This document shows positions 1 to 11,991 of a DNA stretch of 45,631 nt, one piece after another. Origin of the DNA: Geosiphon pyriformis uo1 (lineage: Eukaryota; Fungi; Glomeromycota); contig JAAOMT010000620.1 in NCBI GenBank assembly GCA_016748015.1, positions 794,914 through 840,544 of the forward strand. Direction: 5' to 3'. The notes beneath the pieces are model-generated. The model made no database searches, was not told where the DNA came from, and saw nothing but the letters and a program-made list of their open reading frames with translations. Numbering within the stretch: position 1 is the stretch's first letter; the number at the start of each line of letters is the position of its first letter. A program made the position numbers and the translations under genes.

Positions 1-367
1 ACAAAATTCTATTTCTTTACGTTTCTTTTATTTTTCTCTTTCTTTTCTTATCATAATCATTTGGGTAGCCTACAGACGAGATTCCTGTAGAAGAGTTGAC
101 TTTCACAGCAAAGTAACTACACATTTTTTAGTGAGCTTCCAGACGAGCAATTCCTGGGAAAGAGTTGACGTTTACTACAACGTAACTACATAAAGTAACT
201 GGCACGGAATTGGCCATTCCACTTATAAGCCCAGCGGTTCAAATTATAGGAGATAATTTGAAGATAAATTCAGTTACTGGAGGTTCAACCACATCCAGAA
301 AACGTGAATTCACAGCAAACAAGCATCAACAACATTTAAGAAAAGAGACCAAAAACCTCCGGTAACA
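1..367 (+). mobile_element. Terminal part of an LTR (3' or solo), inserted into element A1
   Basis: Ends ...AAACCTCCGGTAACA at 367, resembling the CCCGTAACA end of element D. Family A sequence resumes mid-ORF at 368 and no PBS follows. CpGs are retained. Two imperfect ~50-bp repeats (CAGACGAG...AGAGTTGAC...GTAACTACA) at ~72-190. Confidence 0.7.
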
Positions 368-1465
368 CTGTACTGCCTTTGAAATAAGTAATTTGGTCTC
401 CCAAGTTGGTGGCCGTACATGTTTCATTTCTCATTTTCCCAAATCTTATGGATGTTAACACTTTGCTGTAGTTACCTTTGATTCCTTGGAATTTCTGAAT
501 GTTGCTGTGTTAAAGACTGGTATCTTGTGTAATTGCCACATTTGGTGGGAAACTTCTGGATGTTGCCACTGCTACAGGTGTTAAAACTCGAATTATTTGG
601 CTGTGAACTGCAAGATATCATCTTTTCTCCCACTCAAATTCTCTTTTAATGCTTCTGGTGGCCCCAAAGTTTTCAAACTTTTATTTGCTGGATTTAAATC
701 TTACATCTTTGTGGTTCCTCCTGTTGCTGCTGCTGTTAATATGGACTTGAATCTTGGTGGTTCTCCCAAAACTACAACATCTGTGTTGTCTGCTGTTTTT
801 TCTGCTCCCAATTTTGCTGTTGAATCTAGGTTGGTTTCTTTAGAATCCCACCTTAGTGAACTGTCTGTGTTGATAAAGTCCTTGGTTGAGCCTGTTGGTG
901 CTCTGGTTGTATTGGTTACTAAATTGCTGTTTACTCCAACTGCCATGAATGTGTTAGTTAAGGAATGTATAGATGGGTTGGCTAAGCAAAATAAAGACTT
1001 GGCTGCTATTACCACTATGATGCAGAAAAGAATAACACACCTTAAGAAAAAATGTGAATGGGCCTGCTTGGAGGATGAATCAGATGATGATGACATGGTT
1101 GATAATAATAATGATGATGATAAAGATTTTCCAGTCTATGATAATACCTTTAATGTTATGATGCATCTATGAGAAAATCAGCCTTCTGGAATCAAATCCA
1201 GTTCTGATCAGACTGCTAAGTAGATGAGTAGTATGGTTAAGAATAGTCATGAGCTTATATGTATTATGGATAAGATGTATGAATTAGATATGTTTAATAT
1301 ATTAGATAGCAAAGATAGTACTAGCATGTAGTTAGGACTTTCTGTTTATGGTTAGCCGTATCTGATAATTTGTATTATTGGGTGAGCTGGTTTTATGAAA
1401 GTGCCACATTACTGTAGACATAACTAATAAACAACTGATATGGCTACACTTTAACAAAAAAAAAA
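368..1465 (+). mobile_element. Family A ORF1-only retroposon, copy A1 (3' half)
   Basis: Matches the other A copies from the CTAFEIS region through the CCHC knuckle and acidic tract to the stop at 1329-1331. 3' UTR with AATAAA; poly(A) ends at 1465. Confidence 0.9.
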
Positions 1466-1842
1466 GTACTTTCAATAAGTGTGATTGGTCTGGTGATGTC
1501 AATATTGTCATCCCAGTTTTTTGGCTTTGGAATCAGTATTACTTGTGCTATTTTCCACTCCTCAAACATGTTTGCTGCTTCTATGTAAACATTAAGCAAT
1601 GTTCTCAGTTTAGACTTGGTATTAGGCCCAGCCTTCCTCCAAAGTTCAGCTTGTATGCCTGATAGGCCAAGAGTTTTGTTATGAGATGTGTGGCTTAATA
1701 TGTGTTTGAATTCTTCATTTGTTATTTTAGCTATTACACTATCAAAGACATGATCTGAGATGCTCTTAATTGGCTTAAACCTGTGTTCCCAACTTTTTCA
1801 TAGATCAAGTTTAAAAATTTTTGTTCTAGTTCACCCTTGAGC
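1466..1842 (-). pseudogene. LINE ORF2 fragment, start of reverse transcriptase domain
   Basis: Minus-strand translation ...ITNEEFKHILSHTSHNKTLGLSGIQAELWRK...EEWKIAQVILIPKPKNWDDNIDITRPITLIEST matches the KAPG/IPKP/RPI.L.E motifs of non-LTR RT. Continues the ORF2 frame from 4260 across the A2 insertion. Confidence 0.9.
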
Positions 1843-4248
1843 TTTTTTTTTTTTTTTAGTTAAGTTCACAGTAATATGGCAGTTTTATAAGCCAGCTTAT
1901 CCAATAATACAAAAATCACAAAATGTGACTAACCATAAGTAAAAAGCCCTAACTATATACTAATACTAACTTTGCTACTTAATATATTAAACATATCTAA
2001 TTTATACATCTTACCCATAATACATACAAGCTCATGACTACTCTTAACAAGACTACTCAGCCACTTAGCAGTCTGATCAGAATTAGATTTGATATTAGAG
2101 AATTGAACCTTCCATAATTTTATTATTGCATCAAATGTATTATTATAGACTGAAAATTTTTTTACATCATTATTATCATCATTATTGTCATCCATGTTTT
2201 CATTATCAAATATGTCAAAGTAGACCTTTCCACTTCTTAATTTAATGGCCTCTACTTCCTTTTGCAGCATAGAACTCACAGCACAAACAGCATTAATTTG
2301 GTTTCTCAATCCAATTACACTTTTTTTTATTGCTTCTGCCATAACAGATGGAGTAGATCATAATTTAGTAACCAACACAACCAAAAAACCTACAGACTCA
2401 AATATAAATTTGATCAACAAAGACAGTTCACTAAGTTGGGTTTCCAGAAAAGCCAATCTAGCATTAACAACAACATCTGAACCAGAGGAGACAATAAGCA
2501 ATAGAGGCACAACATCTTTAAAGGGAGCACCAAAAACCAGATTCATATCAGCAGCAGCAGCAACAGGAGGAACCACAAAAATAGCAGTTTTGGCATAGGA
2601 TTTAGCTCCAACAAAAAATGACTTGAAGATATTGAAACCACCAGCAAAATTAGAAGAGAGTTTGGGAGAAAAAGGTGACAACACCTTACAATCCACAGCC
2701 AAATAATCCAAACTTTGACATTTGTAGCAGTGACGACATCCAGAAGTTTTTTACCAGATACAGCAGCCATATAAAGTACCAGTTTTTGAAACAGCAGCAT
2801 TTAAAGATTCTAAGAAATCAAAGATTACCACAGCAAAGCATTAACATTAATAGAAATTAAGGGAGTGGGGAATAAAACATGTACAGACACCAACTTGGAA
2901 TACCAGATTACTTATTTTAAATACAGTGCAGCCAAATAGAAGATTGACCAACTTAGCTTTGAAAGCATCTTTTGAGGAGATAATTTCCTTTTGGTTAACA
3001 ATAGGAAGAATCCTAACACTGTTTTTTTTGACCAAAACAGACCAGTAAAAAAAAGTGATAGCAGCAGAAAAAGTGTCTTTAAAATTAATTACAGCATATT
3101 GCTATAAGCCAGTAGGCTTTAACTTAATAGACATAACAACACCAAAAATGCCAAGAACAGTTTTGATGTTATTGGAAGAGGTACTCAAAAGTATGTCATG
3201 CAGTGCAATTGACAGAGAAGAAGAAGAAACAGAGACCACACCAGAAAATCGTGCAATCTTAAGAGTAGTCAAAAAAACCTCATTACCAATGGCCACTTTG
3301 GTGACACCAATTAGACTCTCTTGAAATGCAAATTCCACACAGAACAACTTAACAGCATTTTGTAAAACTGACTTAAACCCAATACACCCAGGCAGCAGCT
3401 GAAACAAGAAACTAAGAAGAGCCATCTTGATCTTGAATATAGCACCAGGCACAAGAATAGAGGCCACCCATCCAGAGAACTTTTGTTGACCATTTACATT
3501 CATCCAAGCATTATCATCAGCAACACCAGAAACTGAAGAAGAAGTAGATGATTCTATTTTCATCTAATCAGTCCAATCTTTAAGATCATCTAAAATGTAG
3601 GCTGTTTTGCTTTTATGGCAAGAGATAATCTACTAGAGATTACCTCATCAGGCAACACAGCCAGTGGTTGATCTTGCTTTATATTAGGAGTTGAGCCATT
3701 GTTATTGCCATTTATATTAGGAAGAGGGCTGGCTGCTGCTGTAAAGATCTTATCCAAGATCTTATTTGGAACCACAAAGGAGTTCAGTGTGACCATAGCA
3801 GTTGTGACTACTTGCTATTGTTTTTTGGAATTTTTCACCTTTGTGGCCATTTGTGAAGCAGAGATAGTAGTAGTAGTAGTAATAATGAGAGTAATCAGAG
3901 CAAGAAAAACCAATTTGTTGACTGGTTTGTTATTAAAAATCTTTGGGCTTTTGAGATAGTAGAGACAATACTGGAACTAATCCAAATGTGTCTTTTTGAA
4001 AAAACTTTGACTGGTGAAAAACTACTAGACAAAGGTAAAGAAAATAAACCAAAAGCTGCTAAAGGCAGCTTGTCACTAGTATTTTTTAAAAAAAATGTAG
4101 CCAGAACATTTTGTCTAGCTGCTTTAATAACAGAGAGACTCTCTCATATTGAAACTTTATTAGTTACTATAAGAAAAATACTGTTTGCAACTTTTTTACT
4201 CTTAGCTCTAGTCATGGTTATGAAATTTAGGAGAAAAAAAGTTTTTTT
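1843..4248 (-). mobile_element. Family A copy A2, full length, inserted in LINE ORF2
   Basis: Poly(T) 1843-1857; ATG at 4215-4213 (MTRAKSKKVAN); stop at ~1953. Decayed TSD gttcacccttgagc (1829-1842) / atccacttttgagc (4260-4273). Confidence 0.92.
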
Positions 4249-4259
4249 AAGTAATTATT

Positions 4260-5715
4260 ATCCACTTTTGAGCTTTTTTGTTTACTAGCTTTTTGATTTC
4301 ATCAGAATTATCATGAAATTTGTCTTTTTTTATAACATAGTCCAGTACTATTCTTTGTTTTTTCTTGTTCAGAATGCTTTTAATCATTGCTTTTTTGTTT
4401 AGCTCAAAGTTTTGTTGTCTTTTGATGATATTGTTCACTATTTGTCTTTGCTATTGCAGTCTGATCTTAGTATACAGTGTAGATCTGTATTTTTTTTTGA
4501 TGCTTAGTAATTCTATAATTAAAAGAGTCATTAGATATGCATTAACTGTTTTAGGTTTTAATTGCTTCCATTTAGCCAACAGCTGCATAATATTGTTATC
4601 ATGCATATCTGCATTGTTTATTCTTATTTGTTTGATTATATCAGCAACAATCCTAACAAGCTTGTAATTCATGCATTTTTTTTTGTGTGTGCAGATTGGG
4701 CTCCCACTTTTTTTTTTGGTAGACAATTAGCAGATTGTAACACAGTCTCCTTGATTATAAGCCACATTTAGTTTAAATTATTATTGCTGTTATTTATCGA
4801 TTTTTTTTGTGCTTCATCTATTAGTTAATTAGTTTCTCTTGCATAGATCTCTTATTAAACTCTAGATGTTTTTTTAACATCTATTATAGTTGTGCTATAC
4901 TTCTTTCTTTCAAATCTAGATTTTTTAGTGCCTGCCAAGATTTTATCAAATCAAATAATTGTTACTACTGCTTTGTAATTAGTGCTAAATGATTTATTAA
5001 CATTAATCACTCTAATATTTGTATCCAGTGAGACTGTAACCACATCAGTAAACACATAGTCCAATCTTCTTTGTACTCTATTTGATGTCCATATATTATC
5101 TGAATTGTTTGCTGCATATATTCCATGTATATTCACCAGATTTATCTGTTGCAGCAATGTTGTAATAGGACATTTTTTTTTCTTGTTTGTGGCAAATGTT
5201 TTTTCAAGTAATTTGAATGCCAAATCTTCATTCAAATTACTTACCATTATGACAATTTTTTTGTTTTGTACAATGTCTGCTAAAAGCTTTCTAATCTCTT
5301 TTGCTACTGTCTTTTCAGTAGTTGATTTTAAAACAAGTATGTACAACCCAACTATGTGTACACTTATTCTACCTTTAAATTTTAATATCAGATGCAATAG
5401 TCTCCTATAATAATCCCTGATTACTTCCATGTAATAAGTCTAGCATTTTCTAACTAGTATACTCATCTCAGTTCTCATTTGTTTTTTAGTGCTTGACTTC
5501 CAAAAGACATGATATTTTTCAATGCCAAAAAACATCTTTTTTTCTTTGAGTAAGGTCAATTTAGTTTCTGTAATGGCCACAAAGTCAAACTGTTTGTCTT
5601 TAATCTATTGTAGTACTTCTTCAGCTTTGTCAGGATTGTTAAGTCCTTTAATATTAATAGTTCCTATTTTTTAAATATTATTATTAGCAGTGTTTTGTTT
5701 TAAATTAAAGTTGGA
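4260..5715 (-). pseudogene. LINE ORF2 5' part: APE endonuclease and linker
   Basis: KIGTINIKGLN...FVAITETKL (~5670-5560), IMVSNLNED (decayed GD.NE), RRLDYVF and FSTNYKAV (decayed S.DH) are APE endonuclease motifs. Many stops and frameshifts. Confidence 0.88.
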
Positions 5716-5719
5716 TGTA

Positions 5720-8043
5720 CTATATATTATCTGTTTCCATAAATTTAAATTTTCCAGCCATAATACCATTCCAATTATTCTGTTTTTTCATTTGTTTTAG
5801 CAGTATCATAATAATTTTTAGGGTCTTTTTAATTTCATCAATTTTTTTTTTTGAGTTGTATGTCTTTTTTTTCTCCTTTGAGTTATGTCTGGAGGTTATA
5901 TCCTGGTTTGCTTTTTTATTATCCCCTTTTTTCTTCTCTAATATATAACTTGGTAGTAGATTCATCACTTTGTTTTTTTTTTTCTCTACCATTATTCTCA
6001 GTTTGGCAGTCACAGCATTCAGTAGTTTAGCCATTTTATTAATCTGTTGTCTTAATTTATCAATTTCGGCTTTTTATGGCTGGTCTGCTCCCTTTTTTTG
6101 TTGGCTTTCTTTGTTGTTTACTTGTAAACCAGCTTTTTGAAAACCACTTGGATTTGTATTGTTCCTATTTTTAGATAAGTTTAGTGCTGCCATTTTAGCA
6201 TATGATTTTCTCCTAATAAGTTTTTTTGGTACATTTTTTCTAATATACAATTTGGCCAGTCATATATTGTTAGTATCTTTCTTGGTATTCTCCTCCTTTT
6301 TTTTAAGTAAAATAGGGCATTTTGAGACCAAGTGTTTAATCTAATAACAAAAATAACACTCTTTAGCATTAGTAGACATTCAGTGAACCAATGTGTTCCC
6401 AATCATCAAGAGCTTATTAGTAGCATTGTAACAATTGGCTTCACTATCAAACTCTATATAAGTACAGCCCATTTTGGTGTAGTTTCTGCTAGTTCTTGGA
6501 ATAAAGCAAGATTGGACTTTGATTTGATTCAGAGTGGTACTTAGATAGTGGGCAGTACAGTTCTGTAGTAGATCAATAAGTTTAGCTTTCCAGGTTTTCC
6601 TCTGCTTAATAATCTTTTGGGTATCTATCATTGGGTAAATTTTAACTGCATTTTTCCTAATCAGAGTTGACCATTGGTTCACAGCTTTAGTTGCTTTTTT
6701 TTGGTTGTTATATTCAATTACTGCTGACTGCCATTTTCCAGCCACTTTGATTTGAACTTTTTTAACCTCCCCAAATTTTTTTATAACAGTTTCAACTTCT
6801 CTGTCAGAAATACCCAAGAAAATATTTCTAACTAAAACTTTTTTTTGACCAGCCATTTGGTTGACAATGCCATCAAGAATGATTCAATTTTTTCATCTGT
6901 CAGGATTTTTCTGGCTTGATTTCTTCCAGCAATTTGGGAGAAATCTATTTGGATTTCTTGGTTTTTCACCATTACAGCCTCCAAAAGATAACTGATATCT
7001 CCCAACAGATTGTAAATCTACTCCACCTTCTTTTCCATGTTTTTTTCCAGTATGTCCAATATTTGCACAAAAAGCACATGTCTCTTGGTGCCATGAACAA
7101 CAGTTTTTTATCCTTCTTCTTAGTTTGCTTCTATAGACATGGCTTTTTTTCCAAATAATTTGCTACCTTTTTGGTCTGAATTTGGGCTTGACATTCTGCT
7201 TAATAAACTCAATTCAGAGTCTTCCATGTCCTTTACAGTTCGTTCTAAATCAGCTTTATCTTTGTTTATTTCAAATAGATTGTCTATTTGCTCATCAAAT
7301 TTCTCTACAGATTTTCTTTTGTTGATCTTGTCCAAAATCTCAGAATTGCATTTTCTCAAAGTTGTTTCAATCTGCACTGCTCTTTCAACATCTTTAATAG
7401 ACAGTTTGAGTGGTTTATCCAATTTCTTTTGTGATTTTGATGCCTTGTTTTCACCAATCCAAGCTTCTATTTGAAACTTATTACTGTTCTCTCCTTTGTT
7501 AAACATTGGTCACAAGACAAAATTGTTGGTCTGGTCTGTTGTTTTATTAGTAAGTTCCTCTTCAATAATCTGGTTAAATCTTTTTAATAGGCCTTTTACA
7601 CTTATTTTTTCCAAGTGTCTGTATTTTTTATTGGGTTTTTCTTCTAGTCTGTTGTCTGTTAATAGAGAAAAGTCAGCTGCTCTTCAGTGTAAAGCTGTTT
7701 TTTTGATGTATTAGCAATTCTAAAGGGTGTGTCATCTTTACTGCTTGTGTTTACACTTCTAATTGTTCTACTGCTATGTTCAAACCTGAATGAAAATGTT
7801 ATAGGTCTCATATTTTCAACCAGTATTTGGTTTAATATGATTGTGTTATTTCCTTCCTTTCTTCCACTTGGTCTTTATACTCAGTAGTATCTTTGCTTGT
7901 ATTTCTGTTCATAACTGTTGTCACTTCACTATTAGTATTGTTATCAAACACTTTAAAGTCAGTTATAATAATTAAGTGTACTTTAATTAAGGATATCTTT
8001 TAGAAAAAAAAAAAAAAAAACTATTTTTCTAAATTTGAGACAT
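5720..8043 (-). pseudogene. LINE ORF1 (RRM domains and CCHC zinc knuckle), decayed
   Basis: ORF 6856-6380 is RRM-like (VLVRNI..GISDREVETVIKKFGEVKKV). ECYFCY*IKHLVSKC at ~6361-6317 is CX2CX4HX4C. KSYAKMA motif follows. Candidate ATG at 8043-8041. Confidence 0.82.
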
Positions 8044-9200
8044 AGTAAATTTTGTGGTAGCAGACAAAGAAAGAAAAAAGTTTTTTATAGAAATAGAATC
8101 ATCTGCTCCTCTCCCAATTTCTGGTGCTGCTAATAGTGGTGCTTGGATAAATGTGATTTGATTGACTGAAATTTTCTGGGTAGGTGGCCTTTATTCTTAT
8201 GCCTGGTGTCACATTCAAGATCAAGATGGCCTTTTTTAGTTTTTTGTTTTAGCTGCTGCCTGGTTGTATTGGGCTTAAGTCAGTTTCATGAAATGTTGTC
8301 AAGTTGTTCTGTGTGAAATTTGCATCTCAGAAGAGTTTAACTGGTGCCACCAAAGTGGCCATTGGTAATGAAATTTTTTTGACCACTTTTAAGATTGCAT
8401 GGTCTTTTGGTGTGGTCTCTGTTTTTTTCCCTCTCTGTCAGTTGCACTGTATAATGTACTCTTGGGAATCTCTTTTAATGACATCAAAACTGCTCTTGGC
8501 ATTTTTGGTGTTGTTACTTCTGTTAAGTTGAAGCCTATTGGTTTATGACAATATGTTGTAGTTCATTTTGAAGATACCTCTTATGCTGCTACTGCTCTCT
8601 CTTATTGGTCTGTTTTGGTTAGGAAAAACAGTGTTAGAATTTTTTCTATTGTCAATTAAAAGGAAGTTATTTCCTCAAGAGATGCTTTCAAAGCTAAGTT
8701 GGTCAATCTCCCATTTGGCTGTATTGTTTTTGAGATAAGTAATTTGGTCTCCCAAGTCAGTGGCTGTACATGTTTCATTCCTTACTTCCCAGAATTTTAC
8801 TAATGTCAATGTTTTGCTGTGGTTATTTTTGATTCTTTGGAATCTCTGAATGTTGCTGTGTTAAAAACTGGTACTTTGTATGATTGCTGCATCTGGTAGG
8901 AAACTCTTGGATGTCACCACTGCTACAAATGTTAAGACTTGAATTATTTGGCTGTGAACTGCAAAGTATTATTTCTTCTCTCACCCAAATTTTCTTTTAA
9001 TGTTTTTGGTGGCCTCAAAGTTTTCAAACCTTCATTTGCTGAATCTAAATTTTATGTCAAAACTGTTGTCTTTGTGGTTTTTTCTGTTGTTGCTGCTGCT
9101 AATATGAACTTGGATCTTGGTGGTCCTTCCAAACTGCAACACCCATGTTGTCTGCTGTTCTTTCTGCTCCCAATTTTGCTGTTGAATCTAGGTTGGCTTC

Positions 9201-11627
9201 TTTTTTTTTTTTGTTAATGTGTAGTCACACTGGTCGTTTATTAGTCATGACTACAGTAATGTGGTGTTTTCATAAAGCCAGCTTACCCAATAATACAAAA
9301 TCACAAGATGTGACTAACCACAAGTGAAAAGCCCTAACTATATGCTAGTACTATCTTTGCTATCTAATATATCAAACATATCTAATTCATACATCTTACC
9401 CATAATGCTAACAAGCTTATGACTATTTTTAATCATATCACTCATCCACTTAGCAGTCTGATCAGAACTGGATTTGATTTTGGAAGGCTGATCTTCCCAT
9501 AGATGTATCATAACATCAAAGGTGTTATTATAAACTGAAAAGTTTTTATTGTTATCATCATTATCATCAACATTATCAACCATATCATCAACATCAAATC
9601 CATTTTTTAAGCAGACCTGTTCACATATTTTCTCAAAGCATATCATTTTTTTTGCATCACAGTAACAACAGCAAGCTTTTATTTTGCTTAGCCAACCCAT
9701 CTACACATTCCTTAACTGACACATCTATGGCAGATAAAGTAGACAGTAATTTGGTAACCAATGCAACCAAAGCACCAACAGATTCAACTAAGGATTTTAT
9801 CAACACAGATAGTTCACTAAGGTGGGATTCCAGAAAAGCCAACCTGGATTTAACAGCAGAATTGGAAGCAGAAGGGACAGCAGGAAACATGAATGTTGCA
9901 GTTTTGAAAGAACTACCAAGATCCAAGTCCATATCAGCAGCAGCAGCACCAGAAGGAACCACAAAAGCAGCAGCTTTGGCATAAGATTTAGATCTAACAA
10001 ATGAAGATTTGAAATTTTTGGGACCACCAAAGGTGTTAAAAGAGAGTTTGGATGGAAAAAGAGGTAACTTTTTGCAATTCACAGCCAAATGATTCAAGTC
10101 TTGATACCTGTAGTAGTGGTAACATCTAGAAGTTTCTCACCAGATATGACAACCATGCAAGATACCAGTTTTTGACACAGCAACATTCAGAGATTTCAAA
10201 GAATCAAAAGTAACCACAGCAAAGCATTGATGTTGATAAGATTCAGAGAAGCAAGGAATAAAACATGTACAGTCACCAACTTGGGAGACCAAGTCACTTA
10301 TCTTAAAAACAATACAGCTAAATAGAAAGTTGACCAACTTAGCTTTAAATGCATCTTTTAAGGAAATAACTTTTTTTTGGTTGGCAATAAGAAGAATCCT
10401 AATACTATTTTTTCTGACCAATACAGACCAGTTAGAGAGAACAGCAGCAATAGAAAAAATGTCTTCAAAATTAACCATAGTGTATTGCCATAAGTCAGCA
10501 GGCTTTAACTTAACAGAAGTGACAACACCAAAAATGCCAAGAGTAGTTTTGATGTCATTAGAAGAAGTACCCAAAGGTATGTCATGCAGTACAACTAACA
10601 AAGAAGGAGAAGAAACAGAGGCCACATCAGAAGACTGTGCAATCTTAAAAATGGTCAATAAAATCTCATTACTGATGGCCACTTTGGTGGCATCATTTAG
10701 ACTCTCCTGAGATGCAAATTCCACACAAAACAACTTAACAGCATCTTGTAAAACTGACTTAAGCCCAATACAACCAGGCAGTGACTGAAACAAGGAACTA
10801 AGCAGAGCCATTTTGATCTTAAATGTAGTATTAGGTACTAGATTGGAGGCCACTCAACCAGAGAATCTCTGATGATTATTTACATTCTCCCAAGCACTGC
10901 TATCAACAGTACCAGAAACTGGGAAAAAGACAGTTAATTTCATTTCTATCTGATCAGCCCAATCTTTGAGATCATCTGAATTAATGGACTGTTTTGCTAC
11001 TGGGATTGGTGATGATCTGCCAGAGAGTACCACATCAGACAACACAGCCAGTGGTTGATCTTGGCCCATCTTGAGAGATGTGCTGCTGCTGTTGCTATTT
11101 ATATCAGGAAAAGAGCTGGCTGCTACTATGGAGATCTTACTGAAGATCTCATCTGGAACCACAAAGCAGTTTGGTGTAACCATAGCAGTTGTGACTGTTT
11201 GCTGCTGTTTTTTGGAATTTTTTGCTTTTGCAGCTATTTGTGAAGCAGTAGTAATAAAAATAGTAGTGAAAGTGGTGAGAGCAGAAAAGACCAACTTATT
11301 GACTGGTCTGTTATTAAAAATTTTTGGGCTCTTAAAAGCAGTAGAAACAACACTAAGACTAATCTAAGTGTGTCTTTTGAAAGGAATTTTGACTGAAGAA
11401 GAACTATCAGCCAAAGGTGAAGGAAATGAACCAGAAGCTACTAAAGGCAGCTTTTTACTACTATTTTTTAAAAAAAATGTTGCCAGAACGTTTTGTTTAG
11501 CTGTTTCAATAACAGAGAGACTTTCTCGTGTTAAAACTTTATTAGTTACTATAGAAAAAGTAATGTTTACAACTTTTTTACTCTTAACTCTATTCATGGT
11601 CATGAAAATTAGAAGAAAAAAAGTTTT
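9201..11627 (-). mobile_element. Family A copy A4, full length
   Basis: Poly(T) 9201-9212; ATG 11597-11595; stop at 9338. TSD ctaggttggcttc (9188-9200) / ctaagttggcttc (11639-11651). Confidence 0.93.
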
Positions 11628-11870
11628 ACTGTTTTTTCCTAAGTTGGCTTCTCTGGAATTCCATCTTAGTGAACTGTCTGTATTAATAAAATCTTTGGTT
11701 AAACCTGTTGGTGTTCTGGTTGTATTAGTTACCAAATTGCTGTCTATTCCATCTGCAAAATAAAAGCTTGGCTGCTGTTGCCACCATAATGCAAAATAGA
11801 ATAATACACCTTAAGAAAAAATGTGAATGGGTCTGCTTGGAGAATGGATTAGATGATGACAACATGGTTC

Positions 11871-11872
<2 letters not shown>

Positions 11873-11929
<57 letters not shown>
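11873..11929 (+). repeat. (AAT)19 microsatellite in the acidic-tract codons of A3
   Basis: Perfect AAT run where other copies have mixed GAT/AAT/GAC codons. Confidence 0.95.
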
Positions 11930-11932
<3 letters not shown>

Positions 11933-11991
11933 GACATTCAGTCTATAATAACACCTTTAATATTATGATGCAAAAAATAAATTCTATGGAG

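Larger units (their letters stand above)
1466..8086 (-). mobile_element. Autonomous-type APE LINE, inserted into A3 and interrupted by A2 and A1; 3' part lies outside the window
   Basis: ORF1-EN-RT order on the minus strand. 5' end near 8086, where family A sequence resumes mid-element. Confidence 0.85.

Noticed and set aside
8004-8020. A17 run as the tail of another retroposon
   Set aside because: No family A 3' UTR or TSD beside it. It lies within the LINE ORF1 5' region and is probably an expanded pyrimidine tract.
11750-11770. Small internal deletions in A3 (also ~14545)
   Set aside because: Copy-specific deletions without splice signals; ordinary decay.
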